Positions 1 through 13,985 of a stretch of DNA of 64,000 bases are shown here, in pieces (within the stretch, counting starts at the first letter, position 1; the number at the start of each line of letters is the position of its first letter). The notes under the pieces were generated by a model, which made no database searches, was not told the origin of the DNA, and saw only the letters and a list, made by a program, of their open reading frames with translations. The stretch lies in the NCBI RefSeq assembly GCF_018350175.1, contig NC_058373.1, forward strand, positions 111,168,001-111,232,000. The letters are read 5' to 3'. The translations under genes and the position numbers were made by a program. Origin of the DNA: Felis catus. Its lineage: Eukaryota.

Positions 1-140
1 AGAGAAAGACAGAATCTGCAGAGGCTCCGGGCCCTGAGCTGTCAGCACAGAGCCCGACGCGGGGCTCAAACTCACAAGCTGTGAGATCATGACCCGAGCC
101 GAAGTCGGACGCTTAACCGACTGAGCCACCAAGGTGCCTC
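1..140 (-). mobile_element. CanSINE (feline SINEC), partial at window edge
   Basis: gagatcatgacccgagccgaagtcggacgcttaaccgactgagccacc is the reverse complement of the SINE head. Confidence 0.95.
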
Positions 141-2008
141 AAAACAGTCTTTCTGATACACAGGTTCTTTGACCATGCCAAGCCCCCAGGAGATGCCACA
201 GGCCACCTCCGTGTCCTAGGAGTGTCTATGTGAGGAGACCCCATAGTGTCGAGGGCAAAGAAGCCGGAGTAGCACTGCGGGTTGGAAGGCACGGACAGTC
301 TGCCCCTGTGTTCATTCTGCTCAGGTCACCCACCACTTGAGGTACACACTGGCTGTTTCCGGGGCTGGGATCACATCCCCTGGGAAGAGAAGAGCAGACG
401 GAGTGCCGGGCAGGCAGCTGAAAGTAGGGATGAGGTCAGTTTGGGAAAGCAGACTTGAGTCCCACAAGGCTGTGGCCCGATGAGTGCTCCTCCGGAGAGG
501 GAGGCCTGCTCCAGGCTCCAGGAGCCGCTGGCTGTCAGAGGACTGCTTCTCTGCGGCAGCCGTGCCTTTTCCTCTCGCAGGACAGGGCACACCTGGGAAA
601 TCCAGGGGTGTGTGGTCAGTGTAGGGTCCCAGAAACACCTGCTAGGCAAGGTCGGGCAAGCAGGGTGCCTAGGGCACGGAATTTAAGGAGGTGTTCACTG
701 TTGGGAGTTGGGCAAGTGCCCCACGTCCCCTGGGTTCTGGCTCCTCTCCCAGCTGAGTCCTCAGGAGCCAGTCTTTCTCAGGCTTGATCTTTACTGCCAT
801 CCTGAGGCCAACGGCTCAGCTCGGCCTGACCGCTGTGCCCGCACCCACTGCTCACTGCTCCTTCTCCCTGGGCCTGATTCCCTGCGTTGTCCCTCTTCAC
901 CGTGAGTATCAATAACCTAGGTGCTTTTCTGAAGGGTTTCGGGACACTCTGGGATTGTAAGACATGTGAGCAGGAGGCCTGCCTGGAGCCTTCTCTGCAT
1001 ACTCAGGGCATCAGACTACTGTCAAACCTGTCCTGATTTCCAGGGTTTCCCAGATATTTTATTCCCCTTCCCTTCCATAAGTAGCACGGGCTAGTGCCCA
1101 TTTAGATAGCTCCACCGGGCTTGTTATCCTGAGCAATCTCTAGGGACAGAAAAAGGGAAATGCTTTGAGCTCCAGCCAACAGGTGCCTTCCACATGTATC
1201 TTCCCTTAGAGTTAAAAAAAAAAAAAAAAAAGTCAGGGCTGCTTCCCAGCTGCGGGGAGAAGTCTGGCCTCCCTTCTCTGTTTCTAGATCAACAGTGGCC
1301 ACCCCAAGAGCAAGCAGGAATTTTCATTACCTTCGAACTTGTGCAGGAGATGACTGACTTGTTTGCTCTGACACAGTTGTTTACTCCAAAGTGTTGGTCC
1401 TCTGGTCCAGTTCGGTTAACTTGGGAAATAATGGTTTAGCTCAAAAGTTTTCACCCCTGGGAGTACCTCTTAAAAATGAAGGATGAGCTGATTTTCTTCT
1501 TAGGTATAAGAGGGAGACAGGCAAACTGAACACTCTGCCTCCCAGAAATGGCATACGGAAGAGAGGGGTGCAACCGAGGAACAGCCCCGGCCTCACATTT
1601 GCAGGGCCCAGAGCAAGAGATCCTCTCTAGGCCCACACACCATATGTCTACCTCTTTAAAAGTTATACATCAAGCCGGCGACCTGCTTCACAAAATAACA
1701 CGTATTCATGCCACAGATACTTTCATAACAACCTAGAAGGTCAGGTTCAAATGGAAACAATTCTTGGATTTCTCAGGATTCTGCACAGGGACACAGCAGC
1801 CCAGGGAGTGCCTGCCCAGGTCCTACACCACCACCTCCTTCTCTCCCCCCCACCACCCCGTCCTGGGTCTGCTCTGCCTTGTGAGAGGGCCTGTGTACAT
1901 GTAGACACCCCAGCCTACATGTCCAAGCTCCTTGGCCACCACTTGGTGGCCTTGGGTTAGGGGACTATTTGCTCGAGTGCAGTTCTATCCTTAGAAGAGC
2001 AGACCCAG

Positions 2009-2212
2009 GGGGGCGCCTGGGGGGCGCAGTCGGTTAAGCGTCCGACTTCAGCCAGGTCACGATCTCGCGGTCCGGGAGTTCAAGCCCCGCGTCAGGCTCT
2101 GGGCTGATGGCTGGGAGCCTGTTTCCGATTCTGTGTCTCCCTCTCTCTCTGCCCCTCCCCTGTTCATGCTCTGTCTCTCTCTGTCTCAAAAGTAAATAAA
2201 CGTTGAAAAAAA
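2009..2212 (+). mobile_element. Young SINEC_Fc-type SINE
   Basis: ggggcgcctgg head, CT tract, A tail; TSD agaagagcagacccag. Confidence 0.95.
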
Positions 2213-2884
2213 AGAAGAGCAGACCCAGAGAAGGGGTGAATGCAGGTCCTGGAAGTAGGCTCAGGGCAGTTTGGGCAGGAAATTCTGGGTTTGTTTTCTA
2301 GAAGAGAGGGCTGGGTCTTGGGTATATGATGAGCACATCTCTTTGGCTCTGAGGGAGAGCAGCTGCCCATGGAGGGCCAGAGAGGGGGGCCAGAGGGGGC
2401 AGTCCCTGCCAGGAATAAACAGCTCCCCTTCCAGAACCTCCTCTTCTATGGAGACCACAGTTTTCAGGTTCTTACACTCATGTGTTCTGGACTACCACAG
2501 AAGAAGTCCGGAGGGAGGCCCTGGTCCAGAGTTCAATGCCACATGGACACCAGTCTAAAAGGAATTCAGTGAACCATCTTCTTATCAGCTCCAGGCCTCC
2601 AGCGGCTGATAATGACCAGTACATTGGATTAGAGCCACTACTCCAGTGGAACAACGGCCATTCCCAAGTTCTATGGAATCCGGTCTGATGCCTTAAACGG
2701 AAAGGGGACAAGGGAGGTGTTGTTAATCATATCGCAGCCTGCCAGCCTAATTGTTCATTTTCAGACTGGTTCACTCTCTAGATTGGGAAGCAAAAGCAAT
2801 TATGACATCTTGATGACACCACAGTCCTTCCCCCTTGCCCTGCCCCCGCCAATACCTATTTAAGATGCTCCCTCTCTTCTATAA

Positions 2885-3055
2885 AGCCAACTGATAGTTC
2901 CCAGAGGGGAGCAAAGTGAGGTGCAAAACGGGTGATGGGGATTCAGGAGTGCATTTGTTGTGATGAGCACCAGATGAGTATGAAAGTGTTGCACCACTAC
3001 ATTGTACACCTGAAACTAATATAACAGTGTATGTTAACTGGAATTAAAATAAAAA
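2885..3055 (+). mobile_element. Carnivore L1 3' end fragment
   Basis: tgtgatgagcac...tgtacacctgaaactaatataac L1 3' UTR terminus. Confidence 0.8.
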
Positions 3056-3059
3056 GCCA

Positions 3060-3285
3060 GGGGCGCCTGGGTGGCTCAGTCAGTTAAGCATCAGACTTCA
3101 GCTCAGGCTATGATCTCACGGTTCACGAGTTTGAGCCCCGTGTCAGGCTCTGTGCTGACATCTCAGAACCTGGAGCCTGCTTTAGACCCCGTGTCTCCCT
3201 CTCTCCACCCCTCCCCAACTTGCGTTCTTTCTCTCTCAGGAATACACATTACAAAAAGTTAAAAAGCAAAAAATTAAAAATAAAG
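3060..3285 (+). mobile_element. CanSINE
   Basis: ggggcgcctgggtggctcagtc head and A-rich tail. Confidence 0.95.
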
Positions 3286-3939
3286 AAAACATATTAGGCT
3301 CAGGTAGCTGCCAGTGACAACCCCAGGCTTGCTTCGCATGAGACCTCCTGATTTTTCCTAGATAATCCACAGCCTTCGTAACAAAGTAAACCATTTGCTT
3401 CATAGCCTCTTTTATGACTGGAAATAACCTGCTTATTGTAAGTTTCTCTCGTGGGATTTGCAGAGGTGTTATCTGTTCTATTTTCCTTTTTCACATGTTT
3501 ATTTAACTTCCCTCATTACTCTGCAAGAACATTGCGTATTCTAAGTCTTAATTATATAAGAAAGAAATAGCGTCCAACAGACACAGCTCTTCTTGTATTG
3601 ATTAAGGTTTTCTTAACTTAAAAGGTGGGGTTTCTCCCTCCTTGATAGTTCTTCAGCTTTTTAAATATATTTTCTCTATGAAGTTCTAGAAACGGCTCCT
3701 AAATGTGGTACATTTGAATCTGGGCTTCCAAGGCCGCAAAAAGCTTTCTTCAAAAACTTAAGTTTATTATTGCTCCGGAGTTTTACAAACTATCTTCTTT
3801 GCGTGGGAGGGACAAAAGTACTTTCTGGTTTTCGTTTTTCTCAGTTGCTAACTCCAGCTTGGTTCCTGACGTCCATATCTGTCTTTGACCTCAAATTGTT
3901 GAGAAACCCTTTCAGCCCCTTGCCTGGCATTTTTTGTGT

Positions 3940-4110
3940 ATGCTTGCGTAAAATATATGTGATGTGTAATTTACCATTGTAAGCATTTTTAAGTAAACAA
4001 TTCTGTAGTCTTAAGTAGGTTCGCAATGTTGTATAACCATCACCACTGTTTTCCAGAACTTTTTTATCACCTGAAACAGAAATTCTGTACCCTCTAGGCA
4101 ATAACTTCCC
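3940..4110 (-). mobile_element. Old L1M (L1MB/ME-like) 3' fragment
   Basis: accatcaccactgttttccagaacttttttatcacc motif. Confidence 0.7.
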
Positions 4111-4154
4111 AACCCTGGCATGGTCCCTAGCCTGTCTAGGGTTTAAGCGAATGC

Positions 4155-4665
4155 ACTTTAGAGTCAGAGAACGCCAGCTGGGATACGGGTTCTGCCCCTA
4201 CCGGCTCTGGGACATTGAACAATTTGCCTGATCTCTTCAAGTTTTGTTTTTCTTATCTGCAAAATGGAGCTGATAAGAATCAGAACAACAGCCCTCACAC
4301 GTTTGTTCTGTGCACATAATACCACCCTCAAAGGAATATCATCAACTCTCAGTAAGCACGCTGTCTCCTCCTTGTTGTCAGTGTCTCATTGCATCTAATG
4401 AGAGTTTTCTGCTCGCATCCCCCCAATTCCCAGATCCTCATTCCACCTGGGCTAGACCTGGCTCCCTCTTTCCCCCTTGAGGTAGGGCTAGGAGGGCATT
4501 TCTTAATCTTCACAAGAATAACTAACATTTGTCAAATGCTTACAGAAGAGAAAAACCAAACCCAGAGACAGAGGCTGAGTAATGTGAAGAAGGCTCCCCA
4601 GCTTGTAGGTGAAAGACAGGATTTGGAACCTGTCTGGCTCAGAGCCCATGTTCTCCACCACTGAG
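4155..4665. mobile_element. MIR fragments (two, opposite orientation)
   Basis: tcttatctgcaaaatggag at about 4250; aggatttggaacc..tctggctcagagcccatgttctc at about 4620. Confidence 0.65.
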
Positions 4666-5295
4666 CTACAGGGCCTTGATATGCTAATAAGCATCTTAGG
4701 GAAATTCAAGCTTAGCCAGCAAGTTAGTGGCACGGTTAAGGTGACAGTCTCTGTCTTCAGATTCACCACCCAGTGCCCCAGCCACTCATCACAGCAGTGG
4801 TTGTGCTGAGATGTAATTATTCTGAGAGTGTTAGGTCAAAAGTGATCAAAGAGTCAGGTATTCAAATTCTCCTTCCTTCGAGTGAGGTCTAAGTTCTTCA
4901 GGGAGATTTAAACATGGATAATACCAATGGCTTCCCTCCTGGAGTATTGCTTTGATGGTTTCCCTCATATATCTTTCCACAGATCAGCCAAACCACATGC
5001 TTGCCTAAAGATAGTGAGTGTCACCAGCCAGCCACCCACCCACTGCTGCCATCCTGATTCTCAGTCCCCCAGTGCACCCTCCTTTAAGACTTTATTGACT
5101 GAGCGCGGGCAGTGAAGGAGACACCTCTCATGGAAGTCTTTGTTCACATTTTCATGTTGGTTTCTTAAAATGGCTTTGTGAATGCCTCTCAGGACAGATT
5201 TGTTCTGCATCCCTCAGGAATTGATGGAGTTTCGCAAACTCACGAGTGACTTTCTGTCATTCAATTGCTGTTGGTGTCTAAAGGAAGTAGAGATA

Positions 5296-5520
5296 GGGGC
5301 GCCTGGGTGGCTCAGTCGGTTGAGCGTCCGACTTCGGCTCAGGTCATGATCTCACGGTCTGTGGGTTCAAGCCCCGCGTTGGGCTCTGTGCTGACAGCTC
5401 AGAGCCTGGAGCCTGCTTCAGATTCTGTGTCTCCCTCTCTCTCTGCCCCTTTCCTGCTCATACTCTGTCTCTCTCTGTCTCTCCAAAACGAATAAATGTT
5501 AAAAAAAAAATTTTAAAAAA
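5296..5520 (+). mobile_element. CanSINE
   Basis: Full head and tail; TSD tagagata. Confidence 0.95.
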
Positions 5521-6382
5521 TAGAGATAAGATGCTGCATGAACACTAAGGCAATCACATACATCTTTCCTTTTCGTCCCGCCCAAAGATGCTGCCCTATA
5601 ATTTCCTCTGTGTTTGATTTTATTCCCATCACATACCCACCATAAGGAAATTAAAATGAGAGAAAACATAAATGTACTCAAGCACTTTACAGTGTATATC
5701 ATGCAGTGTAATGTCAGACTGAGCTTGTGCAACTTCAAGGACATCTCCAGCTATCTTAGGGGATCATCTTAATTATGAACTTCTCAGAAAATTAATTTTA
5801 ATTCATTTTGGTTCAAAAATACATGTGCCCATGTATTACTAAGAGGAGAATGGAATGTGTCATGAAGTCAAGAACACGTGTCTGTGGGCGTAATTACGAA
5901 AAGACTGGAAATGAGCGAGTTCTCCGCAAAGCATGTGGCTGTCTGCCTTGTGGTTTGCTTTGTTGGCCCTGGTGTTGGGCTCTCGGGGAGTTACCTATCT
6001 TTAGATGAGCAAATGGGGAGAGATCAACGAACAAGACTAGTTCTGCAGCATCCAGACTCTATTCCTGACAAGTAACAGAGCAGCTCCAGGGCTAGAATGA
6101 AGAGGGAACATGAAAGGCAGAGGCAGGCCGTCCAAACAGCTATCCTGCTCTGACCAGGAGGGAATGTGCTAAGTGATAGCAGCAGACATGAGATAATTAA
6201 AGATTAACCACCAGGAGCTGAAACCATCTGAGCAGAAAATGGTAACAATGCTGTAAAAAAAATCACCAAAATATAAAATGATTAGTTAGAAAAAAAATCA
6301 AAATCAGTAACAGTTAAGGTAGAAAACTGTATCCAACTTGTGTTTCCAAGTAACTCTTTTTCCTTGGTCTTCTTCTAAGTTG

Positions 6383-6710
6383 GGGATTAGCAAACTACTG
6401 CTTGCTGGCCAAGAACCACCCACTGCCTGTTTTTGTTTGGCCCTTGAGCTAAGAATGGTTTTTACATTTTTAAATGGTTGAAACAAAATCAAAAAGAAGA
6501 GTATTTTGTAACATGTGAATATAATAGGAAATTCAAATTTCAGTGTCCATAAATAAAGTTTTTTTGTAACACAGCCAGCTTATACATTGTCTACAATGTC
6601 TATGGTTGCCTTTGAGCCACAAGGGTACAGGTGAGTAGTTGCAGAAAATGTATGGCCCTAAAAGCCTAAAATATTTACAATGGCCATTTTCAGAAAAAGT
6701 TTGCCAGTTC
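6383..6710 (+). mobile_element. MER58B-like hAT-Charlie MITE
   Basis: gcaaactac...gagctaagaatggtttttacatt...aaagcctaaaatattt...aaaagtttgcc. Confidence 0.85.
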
Positions 6711-7008
6711 TATGGGAATGCTTGCAAAGTGGGCAGTTAGTAGCTATCCCCTGGGGGGGTGGGGGTGGGGGAAGAGCTCCATGGACAAATAAGTTGGGAG
6801 ATACTATTTTAAATAAAAAAGAAAAACAGTCCTTTTAATAAGCTAATGCGACTTGGAAATCGACAAAAAGTGTCAGGAAGGAGGAAAGCAGAGTATTTCG
6901 TGTTTCCCAAACTTATTGGCTGTGGAATCTCTTTTTCTTTCTTTCTTTCACTTTATTTTGGTGGGCTCTTTTGTGGGACTAATGCTTCAGGGAATATCAC
7001 TTATTAAT

Positions 7009-7215
7009 TTTTTTAATGTTTATTGATTTTTGAGACAGAGAGACAGAGCGTGAGTAGGGGAGGGGCAGAGAGAGAGGGAGACACAGAATCCAAAGCAGGC
7101 TCCAGTCTGTGAGCTGTCAGCACGCAGTGCGATGCGGGGCTCAAACTCACGAACTGCTAGATCATGACCTGAGCTGAAGTTGGACGCTTAACTGACTGAG
7201 CCACCCAGGAACCCC
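7009..7215 (-). mobile_element. CanSINE
   Basis: Reverse SINE; TSD cagggaatat(c/a)acttattaat. Confidence 0.95.
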
Positions 7216-7309
7216 ATCAGGGAATATAACTTATTAATAAATACTGCTGAAAAGTATTGGTGATTTCCATCTAGACAATCGGGAAAAATCCTGCTACTTA
7301 AAAATCTTG

Positions 7310-8045
7310 CAGATATCACTTTACACCTGTCAGAATGGCTAGAATAAAAAGGATGAGAAATAACAAGTGTTGGTGAGGATGTAGGGGAAAAGGGGAAAAG
7401 GAACCCTTGTGCACTGTTGGTAGGAATGCAAAGTGGGGTAGCCACTGTGGAAAACAGTATGGAGGTTCCTCAAAAAATTAAATATAGAATTATCATATGA
7501 TCCGGCAATTCCACTACTGGATATTTACCCGAAGGAAATGAAAACGCTAATTTAAAAAGATGTATGCACCCTTAAGTTTCTTGCAGCATTAGTTATGATA
7601 GCCAAGATAAGGAAGCAACCCAAGTGTCCGTCAACAGAGGAAAGGATAAAGAAGATGTGGTATATATATGTACATATAATGAAGTGTTACTCAGCTATAA
7701 AGAAAAGAGATCTTGCCATTTGCAATAACATGGATGGATCTAGAGTGTGTAATGCTAAGTGAAATAAGTCAAGGGAAGAAAAATACCGTATGATTTCATT
7801 CGTAAGTGGAATTTTAGAAGCAAGACAAATGAACAAAGAAAAAAAAAAGGGACAAGCAAAAAAACAGACTCTGAAATACAGAGAATGAACGATGGTTGCT
7901 AGAGGGAAGGTGGATGGGAAGGATTGGTGAAATAGGTGAAGGGATTAAGAGTACACTTATCATGATGGGCACTGAGAAATGTACAGAATGTTGAATCACT
8001 ATATCGTACACCTGAAACTGTATGTTAATGATATTTCAAGCAAAA
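7310..8045 (+). mobile_element. 5'-truncated carnivore L1 (ORF2 C-terminus + 3' UTR)
   Basis: cacctgtcagaatggct...gtggaaaacagtatggagg...tacacctgaaact. Confidence 0.9.
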
Positions 8046-8939
8046 AACAAAACAAACACAACCAAACTCGTAGTAGAATTTCTGTCAGAGGGAACCTTGT
8101 TTTTTGTTTCATAAAGCACTCTAGTGGGTCATCTGGTGATGACACGTTAGGTTCCAGGAGCTGATCTGGAAGATGGAAAACGAAAACAAAGGGAGCATTA
8201 AGTAATTCTGCGTAGCGCTGTGGGGGTGATTTGGAGTTTGGGGCTAGCCTAGGAGGAGGGATTGAGAGGTGAACAGGACAGGAAAAGAGGGAGATGAGGA
8301 GGGTCTATGGGACTTTGGGAAGCATCAAAGTAACCTGGCAGGGAAGTGGACCAGAAACTCCCGACGGGGGCAGAGAGGGCTACAGAACATCAGAACGATG
8401 ATGGCGGGGACTGGCTAGATAATTGCTGGAGCCCACTGCAAGATGAAAATGTTCAGAAGGCAGCAAAGGTTGCTGTTAGAGGTACCAAAATACAAAGCTG
8501 TTTCCTTTCAACTACAATCTCTTTCTTTATTTGTCATGCTGTTTTTAATTTGCTATGTAATGTCAAGTCGGGCATAGGGAAACCACGAACACAGATGCTT
8601 GCTGGCAGCAGGGGTCCACTTCTGGGACTGTGGTGCATGTGCGCGAAGTTCACTGACTACAGCAGCCTCAGGACCCACATGCGTCACGCCCAAGGCAGGA
8701 GTGGGGAAGTCGGACCAGGCATCTCTCTTTCCCAGGTGCCCCTCTGCCCCAATGCATGGTGGACTGAGGAGAGGTAGGAGGTGGAGGGCAGGTCAGTGGG
8801 TGAGGGTGGGGAGGAGGCTGGGGACACCAGGCAGAGATGGAAGATCATTGTGGGTCAGCTGAGAAAGGTCCAGAAAGGTCTCCCTGGTCCAGAAAGGCAG
8901 GGAGTTGGTGACAGGCAAGACGGAGCCTGAGTCCCGGGC

Positions 8940-9105
8940 ACACCCTCCACTGACCTATCAGACTTCACTTACAAACACCAATTCAAAGATAAAACTATGA
9001 AGACTTCAAGATAGTGGCAATGGAGCCCGAAACCCCAAGCGCAGGACCCCTCTGAGCAGAACGCCCTGTGAAACCTCACTAGTTGCACACCCATGAACCC
9101 AGCTC
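8940..9105 (+). mobile_element. hAT-Tip100-like DNA transposon end
   Basis: Terminus ttgcacacccatgaacccagctct with upstream aattcaaagataaaa. Confidence 0.45.
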
Positions 9106-9954
9106 TCCTGACGCATAATCACTTTTCTTCTTTTTATTTAAAAGAAAACGTCCCCACACCTTTATTTCCATACCCTTGGTAGAAAGCTGCTGCACGAACA
9201 GCCTTGTGTTGGGCCAGACGTTGCCTTGGCAGATTAAAAGCAAAAGGGACTGCTTTCCTTGTTTGGGTTTATGCCAGCTGAGGGAATGAAACAGTAGTAA
9301 GGAGGCAAAGCTAGAACGAGACTCAGATTTCAGCATAAACAAGGAGTCGGATGAAAGGTGGCCGTGAGAACATAGTCCCACTGGGAGGACGCGGACCTTT
9401 TGGGTTTCCAGTCACGCAAGTGACCAGAGCCAAGTGGAGGATTTGGAGACAGCCAGATGGCCAACACTTGGGTTCCCCATTGCATGACTTATGCTTTACG
9501 GGAAGCATGTTGAAAATATGTAAAAATCATCTGGGGAAATTTAACAGTCAATTTTTACTGTGTGCATTTCTCTATGCTAAAAGGAAATCTAACTATGGTC
9601 TTATGCTCCCTTAATTTGTCACTATTAATCACTGATGACAGGAATCAGCAAACAAGGATGGTAATAGATCTTAGCTCAAGTTCTGGTTCCTACTTCATGC
9701 TTCAGCAGCCACGTGACTTGGGGGGAGAAGTTGGTCATATGCCAAGAGGCACTCTCACCAAATAAAGAATATATAATGCATCATTTACAGGAAAAAATTC
9801 AAGACAAAGGGGGGTAGAATCTCTTCTGCCTGATCAACCTGGCTCTGATCTGAACAAAGTGATGGAGAACATGGGGAAAAGGAGGCAATAACTAAGTTTA
9901 GTTCACCTGTCCAGGCTGAAGGCTTTGAATGAATAAGGAATAAATGATTGATGT

Positions 9955-10175
9955 CAGTGACTGTTTATTGAATACTTTCCAAGTGTCAGGCATTCTAAGT
10001 CATTCTTGTGTGTTATCTCACCTAATTGCCACACTGATCCTATGAGGTGGATTATTCCCTATTTTACCAATGAGAAACCTGAGACTCAGAATGGGGTGCA
10101 CTTATACGTAGAGCCAGTAAATGCTGGAGCCCTGCTTTAAACCCATGTCTATCTGCTTGCAAAGTCCAACCTCTT
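9955..10175 (-). mobile_element. MIR
   Basis: tttattgaatact...attttaccaatgagaaacctgagactcaga core. Confidence 0.8.
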
Positions 10176-10614
10176 CAGTCATGTCTTTTGCTAAGAGATG
10201 AAACTCTTCTTACCCTTAAATGTGTATACCCAGAAGGTCCCGAAGCTGCTTTGAAGATTTGTTAATGGTTATAACCTAAGATAAATCACTTTTCCAAACA
10301 CCGGATATAAACCAGAGTCAGTGGAAGGGACTGGTGGTATTACTATTCAAACACTATTCTTTCGATTTGAAGTATTTTACACCAAAGATTGAGGTCTGAG
10401 GTCAGTTATCTCATGCCTCAGTTTATCTTCAAAGTCTTATGCATAGCAGTCAGTCAAATACTAAGGAACATAATGCTTAGAAAGAAACCTTGAGAGTGTT
10501 GACCGTCTTCTTGAAGCTTTTGGTAGCTAACATGACAAGGGCTGTTTTAGGAAAGATAATAACTTATGAGGAAAATTTTGGCTATCATTTGTTATTAAGA
10601 GTTAATCTGTAATT

Positions 10615-10653
10615 TATTTATCTATTTATTTATTTAAAAAGTTTATGTATTTT

Positions 10654-10700
<47 letters not shown>

Positions 10701-10860
10701 TGGGGGAGGGGCAGAGAGAGAGGGAGAGAGAAAGAATCCCCAGCAGGCTCCCCACCATCAGCACAGAGCCCAGTGTGGGACTCAAACTCACAAACTGTGA
10801 GATCATGCGCTGAGTGGAAATAAAGTCAGAAGCTTAACTGACTGAGCCACCCAGGTGCCC
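10615..10860 (-). mobile_element. CanSINE with (GA)n tract
   Basis: Reverse SINE ending ccacccaggtgccc. Confidence 0.95.
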
Positions 10861-11039
10861 TGTTAATGGGCAATTTAAAACAAAATGTTTTTTTTTTGAA
10901 ATTTAATCCGAATTTAATAAAATATATGTAAAGCCCCCACCCTGGTATGATGCTTAGAACATAATCTTTGATAACCGGTGGCTGTAATAGTTTTTTACTT
11001 TCTTAATTTTTTTCTGCCATATCTCTTTTATTATTATTA

Positions 11040-13071
11040 TTTTTAAAATTTACATCCAAGTTAGTTGGCATATAGTGCAATAATGATACCAGGAATAGAA
11101 TCCAGTGACTCATTCCCTACATATAACACCCAGTGCTCCTCCCAACAAGGGTCCTCCTTAATTCCCCTTGCCCGTTTAGCCCATCTTCCCACCCACAGCC
11201 CCTCCAACAACCCTTAGTTCTCTATATTTAAGAGTCTCTTGTGTTTTGTCCCCCTCCCTGTTTTTATATTCTTTTTGCTTCCCTTCCCTTATGTTCATCT
11301 GTTTTGTACCTTTAATTCCACCTATGAGTGAAATCATATATTTGTCTTTTACTGAGTAATTTTGCTTAGCATAATACACTCTAGTTCCATCCACGTTGTT
11401 GCACACATCAAGATTTCATTCTTTTTGATTGCCAAGTAATACTCCATTGTGTATATATACCACATCTTCTTTATCCATTCATCCATCAATGGATATTTGG
11501 GCTCTTTCCATACTTTGGCTATTGTTGATAGTGCTGATATAAACATGGGGGTGCATGTGCCCCTTCGAAACAGCACACCTGCATCCTTTGGATAAATACT
11601 TATAGTGCAATTGCTGGGTCGTAGGGTAGTTTTATTTTTAACTTTTTTGAGGAATTTCCATACTGTTTTCCAGAGTGGCTGCACCAGTTTGCCTTCCCAC
11701 CAGCAACGCAAAAGGGTTCCTCTTTCTCCGCATCCTCGCCAACATCTGTTATTGCCTGAGTTGTTTTTTTTTTAATTTTTTTCTTTTAATGTTTATTTAT
11801 TTTTGAGAGAGACAGAGACAGAATGCAAGTAGGTTAGGGGCAGAGAGAGAGAGGGAGACACAGAATCTGAAGCAGGCTCCAAGCTGTCAGCACAGAGCCC
11901 GATGCCGGGATCGAACTCATAGAGCTGTGAGATCGTGACCTGAGCCGAAGTCAGACGCTCTAACTGACTGAGCCACCCAGCCCCCCCTAAACTTTTTTTT
12001 TTTACATTTATTTATTTTTGAGAGAGAGAGAGAGACAGAGCACAACCAAGGGAGGGGCAGAGAGGGAGACACAGAATCCGAAGCAGTCTCCAGGCTCCAA
12101 GCTGTCAGCACAGAGCCTGACGTGGGGCTCGAACCCACAAGCTGTAAGATCATGACCTGAGCTGAAGTCGGATGCTCAACCTACTGAGCCCCTCAGGCAC
12201 CCCCTGAGTTGTTAATTTTAGCCATTCTAACTGGTGTGAGGTGGTATCTCATTATGGGTTTGATTTTTATTTCCCTGATGATGAATGATGTTGAGCATTT
12301 TTTCATGCATGTTGGCATCTGGATGTCTTCTTTGGAAAAGTGTCTATTCATGTCTCTTGCCCATTTCCTCACTGGATTATTTGTTTTTTGGGTGTTGAGT
12401 TTGATAACTTCTTTATAGATTTTTGGATACTAACCCTTTATCTGATATGTCATTTGCAAATATCTTCTCCCATTCTATCAGTTGCCTTTTAGTTTTGCTG
12501 ATTGTTTACTTCCCCATGCAGAAGTTTTTATCTTGATGAGGTCCCAAAAGTTCATTTTTGCTTTGGTTTCCCTTGTGGGGACATGTTGAGTAAGAAGTTG
12601 CTGCTACTGAGGTCAAAAAGGATTTTGCCTGCTTTCTCCTCAAGGATTTTGATGGCTTCCTGTCTTATGTTTAGGTCTCTCACCCATTTTGAGTTTATTT
12701 TTGTGCATGGTGTAAGAAAGTGGTCCAGGTTCATTTTTCTGCATGCCACTGTCCAGTTTTCCCTGCACCACTTGCTGAAGAGACTGTCTTTATTCCATTG
12801 GATATTCTTTCCTGCTTTGTCAAAGATTAGTTGGCCATACGTTTGTGGGTCCATTTCTGGGTTCTCTATTCTGTTCCATTAATCCGAGTGTCTGTTCTTG
12901 GGCCAGTACCGTACTGTCTTGATGATTACAGCTTTGTAATATAGCTTGAAGTCTGGAATTGGTTTTCTTTCTCTGGATTGCTTTGGCTACTCAGGGTCTT
13001 TTGTGGTTCCATACAAATTTTAGGATTGTTTGTTCTATCCCTGTGAAGAATGCTGCTGTTATTTTGATAGG
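11040..13071 (-). mobile_element. 5'-truncated L1 (ORF2 3' part + 3' UTR), split by two SINEs
   Basis: ORF-track peptides MDPQTYGQLIFDKAGKNIQW and [11 protein letters not shown] are L1 ORF2; frame broken. Confidence 0.95.
11766..12202 (-). mobile_element. Two tandem CanSINEs inside the L1
   Basis: Two reverse SINE bodies; outer TSD cctgagttgtt. Confidence 0.95.
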
Positions 13072-13639
13072 GTAAAATAAAATGGTTTTAAACAAAAGTG
13101 ATTTGAGATGAAATAGTAAACACTTAAAACAGAAGTTATCCAGATTACCTTCTTCGTATAGCAAGGTAACAGTTCTGCAGGGGGCAAGCCGCCAGTCTAG
13201 GTCTCCTACCCAAGTCTCCACACTGACTCGCCTGTTACTTCACTGAGGATACAGAAGTCATTCAGGGTCAGTCCAGAAATGTGGCATTTGCCCTCTCCTT
13301 GAAGCTCCGTGTGCACCTGTCACTAGGTTCTATTGTCTAAGTATCTCTTGAACCTGTCCCTTTCTTCCCTTTCTCATCGATTCTTCCTGTTTTCACCCAT
13401 AGTCCAAATACTGTGTTGGTCCCCATGCTCCAATGCAGCCTGCACACTTGGGTGTGATATTTCTGAAATAAAAAGGTGGCGGCTGATACTGAGAAGCAAT
13501 TGGATAGAGGCAACCAAAGGGGTTTTGAGGCACTACCGGATGAACACGGGGTGCGGTGTGAAGCCACAAAGAAGCAAGGGTTTGTTTGTTTTATTTTAGG
13601 CATCTGTCTCGCGGTAGGCCACTTATGTTGGTGGCATAC

Positions 13640-13985
13640 AGTGTGGTGGCAAAAGCATGGGTCTGGGGGCTGGAACTGAAGTCTCCCTCCTCGCTTTAGG
13701 GGTGAGAGACGTGGGTCGGTCTCAGTTTCCTCCCACGCCAAGCAGAAATACTGAGGACCCTTTCCAGGGTTAAATGAATTCATCCGCATGGTGAGATCAG
13801 CATTCAGCACTGGGTGAACTCAGGGCCACGACCATATAGAGGACTTGCTTGCTGTGCCCTAGGCACTGTCCCGAGTTCCCATATTAACATATTTAATTCT
13901 CACAAAGCCACTCAGAACCAGGTACCATTCCCCTCCTTCTACTGGGTAAGGAAACTGAGGTACAGGGAGGTTAAGATCCAAAGGA
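13640..13985. mobile_element. MIR fragments
   Basis: tctcagtttcctc at about 13720; gaaactgaggtacagggaggttaag at about 13950. Confidence 0.65.

Noticed and set aside
2009..2090. tRNA-like A/B boxes at SINE heads
   Set aside because: tRNA-derived SINE heads, not tRNA genes.
11349..12854. ORFs with real protein homology (L1 ORF2)
   Set aside because: Broken fragments of a truncated L1; not a host CDS.
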